A stretch of DNA of 64,000 bases. Source: Phascolarctobacterium sp. (GTDB taxonomy: Bacteria; Bacillota; Negativicutes; Acidaminococcales; Acidaminococcaceae). The stretch spans positions 50,944 to 114,943 of the forward strand of contig JAXDZG010000002.1 of NCBI GenBank assembly GCA_034086985.1, given 5' to 3'. The position numbers and the translations under genes are program-made. Positions 10,880 to 21,573 of the stretch are shown in pieces (within the stretch, counting starts at the first letter, position 1; the number at the start of each line of letters is the position of its first letter). The notes below the pieces were generated by a model. That model made no database searches. It was not told the origin of the DNA and worked only from the letters and a program-made list of their open reading frames with translations.

Positions 10880-11803
10880 ATGAAGGTTTTGGTAACAGGC
10901 GTTAATGGCCAATTAGGTCATGATGTAATGAATGAGTTGGCTAAGCGTGGTATAGAAGGTATTGGCAGTGATTTAAAAGAGAAATACATTGGTGTTGAAG
11001 ATGATTCTGCTGTTACCACCATGCCATATGTGTCTTTAGATATTGTTGATGACGAAGCAGTGATAAAAGTTATTAGGGGTATTATGCCAGATGCTGTTAT
11101 ACATTGTGCGGCATGGACAGCTGTAGATGATGCTGAGATTGATAAAAATAAGGATAAGGTATTAGCTATAAATGCAGTTGGAACAAGTAATATTGCAAAA
11201 GCATGTGTCGCGGTTAGGGCTAAGCTTTTATATGTTAGTACGGACTATGTTTTTAATGGTACCGGTATAAAGCCATGGCAACCTTATGATACAACATGCC
11301 CTGTGAATTTTTACGGCAATAGTAAACTGAAGGCCGAAAAATTTATATCAGAATATATGACTCAATATTACATTGTCAGAACTGCATGGGCTTTTGGTGC
11401 CAATGGCAATAACTTTGTAAAAACTATGCTGAGTCTAGGGAAGAAGTATGACACTTTGCGAGTTGTAGATGATCAGATAGGAACACCTACATATACATAT
11501 GATTTAGCTAGATTATTAGTTGACATGATAGAAACGGATAAATATGGGATTTATCATGCAACAAATGAAGGTGGCTACATATCATGGGCTGACTTTGCAA
11601 AAGAGATATTTAAATTAGCAGGATACTCTACAAAGGTTGTACCAGTTTCAACTTTAGAGTATGGGTTATCGAAGGCTAAAAGACCACTAAATAGTAGATT
11701 GGACAAAAGTTGTCTTTTAAAGAATGGATTCTGTCCATTACCTAGTTGGCAAAACGCATTAGCAAGATATATAAATGATTTGGAGTGTCACAATGTTATC
11801 TAA
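10880..11803 (+). CDS. rfbD: dTDP-4-dehydrorhamnose reductase (RmlD)
   Basis: GVNGQLG, HCAAWTAVD, STDYVF, YGNSK, DDQIGTPT. Confidence 0.93.
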   Translation: MKVLVTGVNGQLGHDVMNELAKRGIEGIGSDLKEKYIGVEDDSAVTTMPYVSLDIVDDEAVIKVIRGIMPDAVIHCAAWTAVDDAEIDKNKDKVLAINAVGTSNIAKACVAVRAKLLYVSTDYVFNGTGIKPWQPYDTTCPVNFYGNSKLKAEKFISEYMTQYYIVRTAWAFGANGNNFVKTMLSLGKKYDTLRVVDDQIGTPTYTYDLARLLVDMIETDKYGIYHATNEGGYISWADFAKEIFKLAGYSTKVVPVSTLEYGLSKAKRPLNSRLDKSCLLKNGFCPLPSWQNALARYINDLECHNVI

Positions 11804-12575
11804 TATCAAAGGGTTTGGATTGTTTAAATACAAGTGGCTTTTACAGGAGTTAATAACTAGGGATTTAAAAATAAAGTATCGCAGATCAGTATTGGGATAC
11901 TTTTGGAGTGTACTAAATCCGTTGCTAATGATGGCTGTATTGACGGTTGTATTCTCTAGCTTTTTTCGTTTTGACATAAAAAACTATCCAGTATATTTAT
12001 TAACAGGTCAATTGTTGTTTTCTTTTTTTTCTGAAGCAACGAATATGGCAATGAGTTCTATTTTGATGGGAGCTTCTTTAATTAAGAAGGTGTATTTACC
12101 TAAGTACATTTTTCCAGTATCAAGAGTGTTTTCTTGTTTTACGACTATGATATTTTCTCTGATAGCTTTGTGTATTGTAATGATTGTAACAGGAGCTGAG
12201 TTTTATTTAACTATTATATTGTTGCCGATAGTGCTAGCATACTTCTTGCTCTTTTCTATAGGGATAAGTTTGGTATTATCTGTAATGGTAATTTTCTTTA
12301 GGGATGTTCAGTATTTGTATGGAGTGTTTTTGACTGCTTTGACATATTTAACTCCCATATTCTATCCCTTATCTATCCTTCCTGAGACAGTAAAGACTTA
12401 CATGGCCTTTAATCCTATGTATATTTATATAGAGCTTTTTAGAAAAATTATGATGTATGGACAGTGGCCTACTGTTGAAGAACATGCTGTTTGTTTAATT
12501 ATAGCGATTGTTTCTTTGGCAATAGGAGTTAATGTTTTTAACAAGCATCAGGATGATTTTATTTTGTATATCTAG
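11793..12575 (+). CDS. wzm: Polysaccharide ABC exporter permease (Wzm/RgpC)
   Basis: RDLKIKYRRSVLGYFWSVLNPL, FFRDVQY, YLTPIFYP, NPM; RBS GGAG before ATG 11793. Confidence 0.93.
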   Translation: MLSNIKGFGLFKYKWLLQELITRDLKIKYRRSVLGYFWSVLNPLLMMAVLTVVFSSFFRFDIKNYPVYLLTGQLLFSFFSEATNMAMSSILMGASLIKKVYLPKYIFPVSRVFSCFTTMIFSLIALCIVMIVTGAEFYLTIILLPIVLAYFLLFSIGISLVLSVMVIFFRDVQYLYGVFLTALTYLTPIFYPLSILPETVKTYMAFNPMYIYIELFRKIMMYGQWPTVEEHAVCLIIAIVSLAIGVNVFNKHQDDFILYI

Positions 12576-12583
12576 AGGTAGAA

Positions 12584-13318
12584 ATGAAGAATGCGATAGA
12601 AGTTCACAATGTTTCTATGAGGTTTAATCTTGCCAGAGAAAGAGTCGATAATCTCAAAGAATGGGTTGTAAGAAAACTAAAATTTAAAGAATCTATAAGT
12701 GTAGACGAGTTCTGGGCGTTGCAGGATATTAGTCTGGAAATTCCTAAAGGAGATTCATTTGCTATTATAGGATCCAATGGTAGTGGTAAAAGTACATTGC
12801 TAAAAATAATAAGTGGTATTTTAAAGCCTACTAAAGGCATTGTAAAAGTTGATGGCAGCATTGCACCATTAATTGAACTAGGGGCTGGATTTGATATAGA
12901 GTTGACTGGTCGAGAGAATATTTTTCTTAACGGAGCAGTTCTAGGTCATAGTAGACGCCTGATGGAGGAAAAATATGATGAAATCATAGACTTTAGTGAA
13001 TTAAAGGCGTTTGAAGATGTCCCGGTTAAGAATTATTCTAGTGGTATGTTGGCAAGATTAGGATTTTCCATTGCTACTATTGTTAAACCAGATATATTAA
13101 TTGTTGATGAGATATTAGCGGTTGGGGATTATGCTTTCCAAGAAAAGTGCAGGAAGAGAATGGAAGAAATGATGAGTGGAGGTTCTACTGTGGTACTTGT
13201 TTCTCATTCGGATGAGGATATAAGACGAGTGTGCAAACATGCTACTTGGATAAACAAGGGGCATAATATGTATGTTGGAGATAGCAATATTGCATTAGAG
13301 AAATATCATAGTTTATAA
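12584..13318 (+). CDS. wzt: Polysaccharide ABC exporter ATPase (Wzt/RgpD), short form
   Basis: GSNGSGKST, YSSGM, LIVDE, VSH; 244 aa. Confidence 0.93.
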   Translation: MKNAIEVHNVSMRFNLARERVDNLKEWVVRKLKFKESISVDEFWALQDISLEIPKGDSFAIIGSNGSGKSTLLKIISGILKPTKGIVKVDGSIAPLIELGAGFDIELTGRENIFLNGAVLGHSRRLMEEKYDEIIDFSELKAFEDVPVKNYSSGMLARLGFSIATIVKPDILIVDEILAVGDYAFQEKCRKRMEEMMSGGSTVVLVSHSDEDIRRVCKHATWINKGHNMYVGDSNIALEKYHSL

Positions 13319-13324
13319 AATGAG

Positions 13325-14164
13325 GTGAGTTTAGTGAGCAAGGTCTTGGTAACGGGTGCAAATGGATACATAGGCAGACATGTAGTAAAAAGATTGTGTG
13401 ATTTAGGTCATAGTGTTATTGCAGCAGATTTTAAGTTTACAGACTTGGATGAGCGAGCCATTACATGTAAAGTCCCTATTTTTAGTGGTGATGAAGATAT
13501 ATATGAACAACTCGGAAGTCCGGAGGTATGTATCCATTTAGCTTGGCGGGATGGTTTTGTTCACAACTCAAATAATCATATGGGTGATTTGTCACATCAT
13601 GTTACGTTCCTTCGTAATATGATGGAGGGAGGACTTAAATCCTTGGCAGTCATGGGAACTATGCATGAGATTGGATATTGGGAAGGGCCAATAGATGAAA
13701 ATACTCCTTGTAAGCCTTTATCTCAATACGGAATTGCAAAAAATGCCTTAAGAGAAAGCATTGTATTATTAGCAGATGAAAAGAATTGTATTCTTCATTG
13801 GTTGAGGGCCTATTATATTACTGGTGATGATCTAAAGGCATCTAGTATATTCTCGAAGATAACTAGAGCTGCACAAGAAGGATTAAAAGAGTTTCCATTT
13901 ACATCTGGAAAGAATAGATACGATTTTATTGATGTAGAAGACCTAGCTAGGATGATCGTTGCTGCAAGTTTACAGGACCAGATAAATGGCATTATTAACG
14001 TATGTAGCGGGAATCCTATTTCGTTGGCTGAAAAAGTAGAAGGGTTTATTGCTGAACATGACTATGACATCAAGTTAGTTTATGGAGCATATCCTGACAG
14101 GCCGTATGATAGTCCTTGTGTATGGGGAGATAATTCAAAAATAAGAGCAATACTGGAAGGGTGA
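13325..14164 (+). CDS. NAD(P)-dependent extended SDR nucleotide-sugar reductase/epimerase
   Basis: TGANGYIG Rossmann motif, YGIAK catalytic YxxxK, RYDFIDVED. Confidence 0.8.
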   Translation: MSLVSKVLVTGANGYIGRHVVKRLCDLGHSVIAADFKFTDLDERAITCKVPIFSGDEDIYEQLGSPEVCIHLAWRDGFVHNSNNHMGDLSHHVTFLRNMMEGGLKSLAVMGTMHEIGYWEGPIDENTPCKPLSQYGIAKNALRESIVLLADEKNCILHWLRAYYITGDDLKASSIFSKITRAAQEGLKEFPFTSGKNRYDFIDVEDLARMIVAASLQDQINGIINVCSGNPISLAEKVEGFIAEHDYDIKLVYGAYPDRPYDSPCVWGDNSKIRAILEG

Positions 14165-14171
14165 CTTTATT

Positions 14172-15386
14172 TTGGAGCCGATTACTCAAAAAGCATACAG
14201 GGTTTTAGTAAAGAAACAAAGTAAATATTATTATTTCTTTAAATATTATTTATTAAACAAAGTGAGAATAAATAAATATAATGCAAAAAGAGTAATAATG
14301 TTTAGGCTTGATCTAATGGGAGATTGTACTATGTTTACAAGCTCTGCTATAGCTATACGGAATATGTATAAAGACAGGCCTATGACAATTGTATGTTTAT
14401 CTGCATGCAAAGCTGTTTTTGAAAGATTAAATATCTTTGACGAAATTATTACAGTTGATTTTAGACCAGAGGCTATTAATTTTTCTTCTTTGGAGAAAGT
14501 TATTTGCAAGATTAGAGAAAAGGAGTATGATTTATTACTTCAACCTCAGCTATCCAAATTTCCTTTAGCAGACATTCTAGCTATAGCCACAAAGTGTAAT
14601 ACTAGAATATCGATCGATACAAAGCCTGACAATAGTTCATGCAAATGGATAAAAATTGCTAATAGGATTTATGATATATTAATAGATTATACAAAAGATA
14701 AAGTTGTTAGCGAATTTCAATATTATGGTGAGTTTATTAGAGGATTAGGGTTTACTGATTATAGGACGAGTAGGCCCTTTTTGCCGTATAATGGACAAAA
14801 CTTCCTTAAGGAAAAGTATTATGTGCTATATCCTTGTGGTTCAGTAAATTGGAAATGGTGGCCTGCCGAGAATTATGCTATGGTAGCAGATTATATATAT
14901 AATAAGACAGGGTATAAGGGAGTGATACTCGGAGTAGAATCAGAAAAGCAGGTGGCTTTAAAGATAATTAATAGTTCTGTGTGCAAAACAGCTGGACTAT
15001 TAGATTTTAGTGGAAAAACTACGGTAAATGATGTAGTAGATTTAATTGGCAATGCTGAATTTGTGATTTCTAATGACACAAGCGGTGTGCATATTGCATC
15101 TGCCACTAATACACCATCTATTGCTTTGATAGGCGGAGGACATTTCGGGAGATTCCTGCCTTATGGATTAGAAAATGTAAAGCCAAGTGATAATTTGCCA
15201 TTTGTTGCATATGAAAAAATGGAATGTTTCAATTGTGATTGGCATTGGCATATAATCAACAAAAGAAATCGTAACTGCCTTGATAACATATTACAAGGGA
15301 ATGTGATTCCTTGTATAGCCAATATAGGGGTTGAAAAGGTAAAATGCCTCGTAGATAAGATTCTTCAGAAAGGCAAGCATAAGTAA
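14172..15386 (+). CDS. GT9 family glycosyltransferase (heptosyltransferase-like)
   Basis: RLDLMGD, K.WP.ENY, VISNDTSGVHIASATNTPSIAL. Confidence 0.85.
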   Translation: MEPITQKAYRVLVKKQSKYYYFFKYYLLNKVRINKYNAKRVIMFRLDLMGDCTMFTSSAIAIRNMYKDRPMTIVCLSACKAVFERLNIFDEIITVDFRPEAINFSSLEKVICKIREKEYDLLLQPQLSKFPLADILAIATKCNTRISIDTKPDNSSCKWIKIANRIYDILIDYTKDKVVSEFQYYGEFIRGLGFTDYRTSRPFLPYNGQNFLKEKYYVLYPCGSVNWKWWPAENYAMVADYIYNKTGYKGVILGVESEKQVALKIINSSVCKTAGLLDFSGKTTVNDVVDLIGNAEFVISNDTSGVHIASATNTPSIALIGGGHFGRFLPYGLENVKPSDNLPFVAYEKMECFNCDWHWHIINKRNRNCLDNILQGNVIPCIANIGVEKVKCLVDKILQKGKHK

Positions 15387-15387
15387 A

Positions 15388-17325
15388 ATGATAGAAAGAA
15401 ATTACAAAAGACTATGCATATACTTTATTTATGATAAGAATGGAATAATTGATGATTACATAGTATATCAATTAAAAGAGTTAAGGAAAGATGTGGATTT
15501 TATTTTTTGTGTTGTAAATGGGGAACTTACTGATATTAGTGAAAGTAAAATCAAAGGTATTGTTGATTGTGTCTATAAAAGGGAAAATGTAGGAAATGAT
15601 ATCGGTGCATACAAAGCAGCCATAGAAAAATTACGATGGGAAAACATCAGAGAATATGATGAATTAGTAATAATGAATTTTACATGTTTTGGGCCAATTT
15701 ATCCATTTAGAGAAGTATTTGAATGGTCTGAAAATCAGGATGTAGATTTTTGGGGTTTAACCTTGGATGAAAAAAGCGATTGGCTTGAGAGCAAGAAATA
15801 CTTACATTATAATAAATCTCGTATTCATTATCAATCTAATTTTCTCGTTCTGAGGAGGAGATTGTTAGAGTCTAAATTGATAGAAGACTTTTTTTATGAT
15901 ATTCCAAAAGACTCAAAGTATATCGAATCAGGATGTTTTTATGAGTACGCTTTTCCTGGCTTTTTTGAAGAGCATGGATATAAAGGAGCTGTTTATTGTA
16001 ACGAGAAAGATGATTTAAACTATCCGTTACTTTATAATCCTGTGAAATTAATGAGAAAGTATAGGATGCCATTAGTGAAAAAGCGTAGCTTCTTTCATCA
16101 TTATACAGATTTTTTGAATAATTCTGGCGGCGAGCCTACTGCTAATCTTATAGATTTCATAAAAGATAACACTAATTACGATATGGGCCTGATTTGGCAA
16201 TCTATTTTAAGAACATGTTCATTATCAGATGTGGTTAGGGTAGCTCAGTTAAATAGAGTGATTACTAGCAAATTTCTAGTAAGTGATAAGAGTTTCAATA
16301 GTAAAGTTGGAATTATTTTTCATACATATTATGAGAACTTATTTGAAGAAGATAGCGATTATTTGGTTAATCTTCCAGAGAATATAGATCTGCTGATAAC
16401 TACAGATACTGTATCCAAAAAGGAGACAATAGAGAATATACTATCTTCGAAGGATATCAATGGTTCAGTAAAAGTTGTAACTAATAGAGGTAGAGATGTA
16501 TCTGCACTATTAGTTGGATGTTATGATTTTGTAATGAATCATGATTTAATATGCTTCGTACATGATAAAAAAACACCTCAATTGAAACCCTATAGTGCTG
16601 GTAGATCTTGGGCTTATAAATTAAAAGAGAATACTATTGGTAATAGGTTGTTCATACAAAACGTAGTTTCGCTTTTTGAGAATGAACCTAATTTAGGTAT
16701 TGCATTTCCATCGTATCCAAATCATAATGTGTTCTCAACAGTTGTTGGAACAGGTTGGACAGGTAATTTTGATTCTACTAAGAATTTACTCGATAAATTC
16801 GGAGTAAAAGTCAAGATTAATGAGCGTACATTATGTGTTGCGCCTCTAGGTACATGCTTCTGGTTTAGGACTGATGCGTTAAAAAAAGTGTTTAATGGAG
16901 TGGGCGGACAAAAGTGGAGTTATGATGATTTTCCAGCCGAGCCCAACAAAGTCGATAATACTATACTTCATGCAATAGAGCGATCGTTAGCTTATTTTGC
17001 TCAGGATGCAGGGTTTTATCCAGTATATTTATATAATGATAAATATACTGAGATAGAATTAACTAACTTGGAGTTTAATAAGACTGGCTCTACAGAGATG
17101 AGGGCATGGGTTGACAAATTAGCAATGGATGCAATAGGTGTGGACAGCACTTGTCAAACAAATGAAGAAGTATTGAACAGATATGAAGGAAAAATCAACT
17201 ATGGCATTAGACAAAGTCTTTTGCATTTAGCCTTTGCCGTTAGGTGTAAATATCCTACGTTTTGGAGTATATTATTACCAATAAGAAGAATTGGACAAAA
17301 ATTATTAAAAATAAAAACAAAATAA
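15388..17325 (+). CDS. Rhamnan synthesis protein F (RgpF) family, two-domain
   Basis: RENVGNDIGAYK, N.TCFGP, DFWG, HYQS.F, second domain NRGRDV, VHDKK, GTCFWFR, LHAIER. Confidence 0.88.
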   Translation: MIERNYKRLCIYFIYDKNGIIDDYIVYQLKELRKDVDFIFCVVNGELTDISESKIKGIVDCVYKRENVGNDIGAYKAAIEKLRWENIREYDELVIMNFTCFGPIYPFREVFEWSENQDVDFWGLTLDEKSDWLESKKYLHYNKSRIHYQSNFLVLRRRLLESKLIEDFFYDIPKDSKYIESGCFYEYAFPGFFEEHGYKGAVYCNEKDDLNYPLLYNPVKLMRKYRMPLVKKRSFFHHYTDFLNNSGGEPTANLIDFIKDNTNYDMGLIWQSILRTCSLSDVVRVAQLNRVITSKFLVSDKSFNSKVGIIFHTYYENLFEEDSDYLVNLPENIDLLITTDTVSKKETIENILSSKDINGSVKVVTNRGRDVSALLVGCYDFVMNHDLICFVHDKKTPQLKPYSAGRSWAYKLKENTIGNRLFIQNVVSLFENEPNLGIAFPSYPNHNVFSTVVGTGWTGNFDSTKNLLDKFGVKVKINERTLCVAPLGTCFWFRTDALKKVFNGVGGQKWSYDDFPAEPNKVDNTILHAIERSLAYFAQDAGFYPVYLYNDKYTEIELTNLEFNKTGSTEMRAWVDKLAMDAIGVDSTCQTNEEVLNRYEGKINYGIRQSLLHLAFAVRCKYPTFWSILLPIRRIGQKLLKIKTK

Positions 17326-17363
17326 AATATTCTAATTTATTATGTAAATGGAGGATAAATACA

Positions 17364-18410
17364 ATGCGGGGGGGAAAAAGGCTTTTAGAACTAGAAGTAA
17401 TAAGAATATTTGCTTGCCTCTGTATTTTGATAATACATTTTAATGCGCAAGTATCTGGATGGAGTCAGTTCGGAAGGTTTGAATATCCTAATCATTTAAT
17501 CCCAAACTTTTATTTTGATGTTTATTTGGGTGAGATAGGTGTGGGTTTGTTCTTTATTCTATCTGGTGCCGGCCTATACAATGGATACAATTTTAATATT
17601 TTAACAATGGGTAGCATAAAATCTTTTTATGTAAAAAGAGCTAAATCTTTATATCCATATTTTTGGGTGGCATATATATTTGCAAGTTTTGCAAGTTTCT
17701 TGTGGTACAAAGGGATGAGCATGAGTAAGCCAATTGTTATTGTAACGAGCATTCTGGGAATAGATGGATATATGGGGATGTTGTTTAACAGATATAGCGG
17801 CTTCTATCAAGTAGGGGAATGGTTTTTAGGATGTATAATAATCATATACCTATTTTATCCTTTTTTGTCATTTTCCTTAAATAAAGCTCCTATCATAACA
17901 TGTTTGGCGGTTGTATTACTGTATTTTTCTTTTATAGGCAAATGGCAATACCATTGGTTTTTCTTTCAGTTTCCTTATATTCTGTTCGGATATTTTTATA
18001 TGAAATGGTTTCGGCATAGAAATAGTATAGAGTTAATACTTGGAGCATTTATGTTATCTTTACTTAGGATAGCATTTGGTCCTTCAATGCACTATTACTC
18101 GAAATCTATTGTAACATGTATTGTGTTGTTTATATTGATTACATCCATATATAATGCCTTGGATGCAAAATACAATATTACTAACTCTCCAAAAATATCA
18201 ATATTCATTCAAAAAGTTGCTATTATGACGTATCCTGCTTTTTTAATACATCATAAACTGATTACAATGATGGCTCCGATGTTTAATTTACAAGTTTTTC
18301 CATACAGATATACAGTAATGTTGTTTTTGGTATATATTTCTATTGTTAGTTATCTAGCCTTTAATCTATATGGATTTACAAATACTATTGTGAAAAAAAT
18401 AACGATTTAG
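17364..18410 (+). CDS. Acyltransferase_3 family membrane O-acyltransferase
   Basis: ELEVIRIFA...IIHF, GVGLFFILSG, FYVKRAKSLYP, GEWFL; about 10 hydrophobic segments; RBS GGAGG before ATG 17364. Confidence 0.85.
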   Translation: MRGGKRLLELEVIRIFACLCILIIHFNAQVSGWSQFGRFEYPNHLIPNFYFDVYLGEIGVGLFFILSGAGLYNGYNFNILTMGSIKSFYVKRAKSLYPYFWVAYIFASFASFLWYKGMSMSKPIVIVTSILGIDGYMGMLFNRYSGFYQVGEWFLGCIIIIYLFYPFLSFSLNKAPIITCLAVVLLYFSFIGKWQYHWFFFQFPYILFGYFYMKWFRHRNSIELILGAFMLSLLRIAFGPSMHYYSKSIVTCIVLFILITSIYNALDAKYNITNSPKISIFIQKVAIMTYPAFLIHHKLITMMAPMFNLQVFPYRYTVMLFLVYISIVSYLAFNLYGFTNTIVKKITI

Positions 18411-18452
18411 CAAATGTTGCCCTATTCATATTGTTAACCAAGGAGGTTTATC

Positions 18453-19016
18453 ATGGAAAATATTATTAAACAACGCTTCTCGGACCACCTGGAGGTGGCT
18501 CAAGCGGTAATGAATAGTGAGATTTTGGGCCAGATTGAGACCGTTGCTACAGCTATCAAAAAAGCCTTGGCTGAGGGTCACAAAGTCCTCTTTTGTGGTA
18601 ACGGCGGCAGTGCGGCGGATAGCCAGCATTTGGCTGCGGAATTCGTAGGTCGTTTTCAAAAGGAGCGCTGCGGCCTGCCTGCGATTGCACTTACGGTTGA
18701 CACTTCTATTTTGACTGCTGTGGGCAATGACTACGGCTTCGACAAGGTTTTTGTGCGCCAGGTGGAAGCGTTGGCGCAACCAGGTGATGTTTTAGTGGGT
18801 ATTTCCACCAGCGGCAACAGCCCCAATGTGGTAGCAGCTATTGAACTGGCTAAGACCAAGGGGATGTACTGCGTAGGCATGACCGCAGCTGGTGGCGGTA
18901 AAATGGCTTCCTTATGCGATGCATGCATTGCTGTGCCGGCCAAGATTACGGCCCGCGCTCAGGAGATGCATATTTTGATAGGCCACATTTTATGTGAGCT
19001 AGTGGATGGTGAATAA
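18453..19016 (+). CDS. gmhA: D-sedoheptulose-7-phosphate isomerase
   Basis: [38 protein letters not shown]. Confidence 0.96.
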   Translation: MENIIKQRFSDHLEVAQAVMNSEILGQIETVATAIKKALAEGHKVLFCGNGGSAADSQHLAAEFVGRFQKERCGLPAIALTVDTSILTAVGNDYGFDKVFVRQVEALAQPGDVLVGISTSGNSPNVVAAIELAKTKGMYCVGMTAAGGGKMASLCDACIAVPAKITARAQEMHILIGHILCELVDGE

Positions 19017-20496
19017 TTTGGGCTCAGCTGTAATAACCTTTTTAGCAGAGCAAATTAAAAATGTGCGCATTGCCGTGCTTGGTGATGTGATGCTGGATAG
19101 ATATTTCCATGGCGAGGTAAAGCGCATCTCCCCGGAGGCGCCGGTGCCGGTGACGAAAATTAATCGCATTAAGTCGGTGCTGGGCGGTGCTGCCAATGTG
19201 GCAGCAAATCTGGCTCATTTGGAATGCCAGGTTTTCATGGGCGGTGTGACCGGTGATGATGAAAACCGTGTGCTCTTAGAAAAGCTCATGGATGCGGCTG
19301 GCATTAACCACAGTGGCTTGGTAAAAAGCGCTCGTCGTAAAACTATTACGAAGCTGCGCGTGCTAGGCGGTAATCAGCAAATGCTGCGTCTTGATTTCGA
19401 GGAAACCGGCGATTTATATCCTGAAGAAATTGTGGAGCTGCGCCAATGGCTGGCTACTCTTTTGGATCAGGGCTTGGATGGCATTATCGTCTCCGACTAC
19501 GCTAAGGGCGTGTGCTCCGACGTTTTTTGCCAATGGGTGATTAATCAGGCCCATGCGTATAATATCCCTGTCCTCATCGATCCCAAGGGCGCGGACTGGA
19601 CTAAGTATCGTGGCTGCGATTTTATCACTCCCAATTTGAAGGAAATGTGCGAGGCAGCTGGCTGCACTCGCGATAATGAGGATGGCGCGGTAGTGGAAAT
19701 GGCCCGCGCTGCCAAGGATAAATACCACATTAAAAATGTGGTGGTTACCCGCAGCGAGCGGGGCATGTCCCTCGTCAACGACAGCGAGGTGCTGCACAGT
19801 CCGGCCACAGCCATCGAGGTTTTTGATGTGTCGGGCGCAGGCGATACGGTGGCAGCTACGCTGCTGGCCGGCGTGGCCGGCAAGCTGGAGCTGGCGGACG
19901 CCATCTACATGGCCAACCGAGCCGCCGGCATCGTGGTGGCGAAGGTTGGCACCTATCCCGTGCATCGGGACGAGCTGCTGAAGGATTTGCTCACCGAGGA
20001 GCGCAAGCAGGGCCGTGGCTATAGAACACTGAGCTGGCAGGAAATCGCTTCCTTAGCCGCAACATGGAAGGCCTGCGGTGAGAAAATCGTCTTTACTAAT
20101 GGTTGCTTTGATATCCTTCATGTGGGTCATGTAACCTATTTGGAGAAGGCCCGTAACTTAGGCAAGCACTTGATTGTGGGCCTGAACACGGATGCTTCCG
20201 TGCGTCGTCTGAAGGGCGAAACCCGTCCGCTAGTGCACGAGATGGACAGAGCAAGAGTGCTGGCAGCCTTGGCTTGCGTGGATGCGGTGGTGCTGTTTGA
20301 CCAAGATACGCCTACAGAATTAATCGAAAAAATTCGCCCCGATATTCTGGTCAAGGGCGGGGATTATCGTCCCGATCAGGTGGCAGGCCGTGAATATGCG
20401 GGCGAGGTACGCATTATAGAGTTTGAAGATGGTTATTCCACCACTGGAGTAGTAGAAAAGATTGCCAACATGGTGAAGCGAGGAGATATATTATGA
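19006..20496 (+). CDS. hldE: Bifunctional heptose-7-P kinase / heptose-1-P adenylyltransferase
   Basis: [30 protein letters not shown] (kinase); [19 protein letters not shown] (nucleotidyltransferase). Confidence 0.95.
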   Translation: MVNNLGSAVITFLAEQIKNVRIAVLGDVMLDRYFHGEVKRISPEAPVPVTKINRIKSVLGGAANVAANLAHLECQVFMGGVTGDDENRVLLEKLMDAAGINHSGLVKSARRKTITKLRVLGGNQQMLRLDFEETGDLYPEEIVELRQWLATLLDQGLDGIIVSDYAKGVCSDVFCQWVINQAHAYNIPVLIDPKGADWTKYRGCDFITPNLKEMCEAAGCTRDNEDGAVVEMARAAKDKYHIKNVVVTRSERGMSLVNDSEVLHSPATAIEVFDVSGAGDTVAATLLAGVAGKLELADAIYMANRAAGIVVAKVGTYPVHRDELLKDLLTEERKQGRGYRTLSWQEIASLAATWKACGEKIVFTNGCFDILHVGHVTYLEKARNLGKHLIVGLNTDASVRRLKGETRPLVHEMDRARVLAALACVDAVVLFDQDTPTELIEKIRPDILVKGGDYRPDQVAGREYAGEVRIIEFEDGYSTTGVVEKIANMVKRGDIL

Positions 20497-21512
20497 CTAT
20501 TATCGTAACCGGTGGTGCCGGATTTATTGGTTCAAATTTTATATTTCACATGCTGGAGAAGTATCCAGAATATCGCATTATCTGCTTGGATAAGCTGACC
20601 TATGCAGGTAATTTGTCTACTTTAGAGAGCGTTATGGATAACTCGAATTTCCGCTTTGTAAAAGCAGATATCTGTGATAGAGAAGCAGTGTATAAGCTTT
20701 TTGAAGAAGAGCATCCTGATATTGTAGTTAATTTCGCAGCTGAAAGCCATGTGGACCGTTCTATTGAAGACCCTGGGATTTTCTTAGAGACCAATATTAA
20801 AGGTACTGCTGTGCTGATGGATGCTTGCAGAAAGTACGGCATTAAGCGTTATCATCAAGTTTCTACAGATGAAGTATATGGTGATTTGCCTTTGGATAGA
20901 CCAGATTTGTTCTTCACTGAGGAAACTCCTATTCATACTAGCAGCCCGTATTCTTCGTCCAAAGCTGGTGCAGATTTGTTGGTTATGGCGTATCATCGTA
21001 CTTATGGCTTGCCTGTGACTATTTCCCGTTGCAGCAATAACTATGGGCCCTATCACTTCCCTGAGAAGCTCATTCCCTTAATGATTGCTAATGCGTTGGC
21101 AGATAAACCTTTACCGGTATATGGTGAGGGGATTAATGTGCGTGACTGGCTCTATGTTGAGGATCACTGTAAGGCCATTGATTTGATTATTCATAAGGGT
21201 AGAGTAGGAGAAGTTTATAACATCGGTGGGCATAACGAGATGCGTAACATTGATATTGTGAAGCTGATTTGCAAGGAATTAGGCAAGCCTGAAAGCTTGA
21301 TTACCTATGTAACTGACCGCAAAGGTCATGATATGAGATATGCAATTGATCCGACTAAGATTCATAATGAATTAGGTTGGCTGCCTGAGACCAAATTCGC
21401 TGATGGCATTAAGAAAACCATTAAATGGTATCTTGAGAACAAAAAATGGTGGCAGGATATCATTAGTGGTGAATATCAGAATTACTATCAAAAAATGTAC
21501 GGTAATAGATGA
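20493..21512 (+). CDS. rfbB: dTDP-glucose 4,6-dehydratase (RmlB)
   Basis: GGAGFIGS, FAAESHVDRSI, STDEVYG, YSSSK, PEKLIP, RDWLYVEDH. Confidence 0.97.
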   Translation: MTIIVTGGAGFIGSNFIFHMLEKYPEYRIICLDKLTYAGNLSTLESVMDNSNFRFVKADICDREAVYKLFEEEHPDIVVNFAAESHVDRSIEDPGIFLETNIKGTAVLMDACRKYGIKRYHQVSTDEVYGDLPLDRPDLFFTEETPIHTSSPYSSSKAGADLLVMAYHRTYGLPVTISRCSNNYGPYHFPEKLIPLMIANALADKPLPVYGEGINVRDWLYVEDHCKAIDLIIHKGRVGEVYNIGGHNEMRNIDIVKLICKELGKPESLITYVTDRKGHDMRYAIDPTKIHNELGWLPETKFADGIKKTIKWYLENKKWWQDIISGEYQNYYQKMYGNR

Positions 21513-21520
21513 ACATAATG

Positions 21521-21550
21521 AAAAACACCCCGCCACTGGCGGGGTGCTTT
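21521..21550. terminator. Terminator hairpin between convergent rmlB and rpn
   Basis: CACCCCGCCA-C-TGGCGGGGTG flanked by AAAAA and CTTT. Confidence 0.7.
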
Positions 21551-21573
21551 CTAGATAGGGAAATGTATGGACT

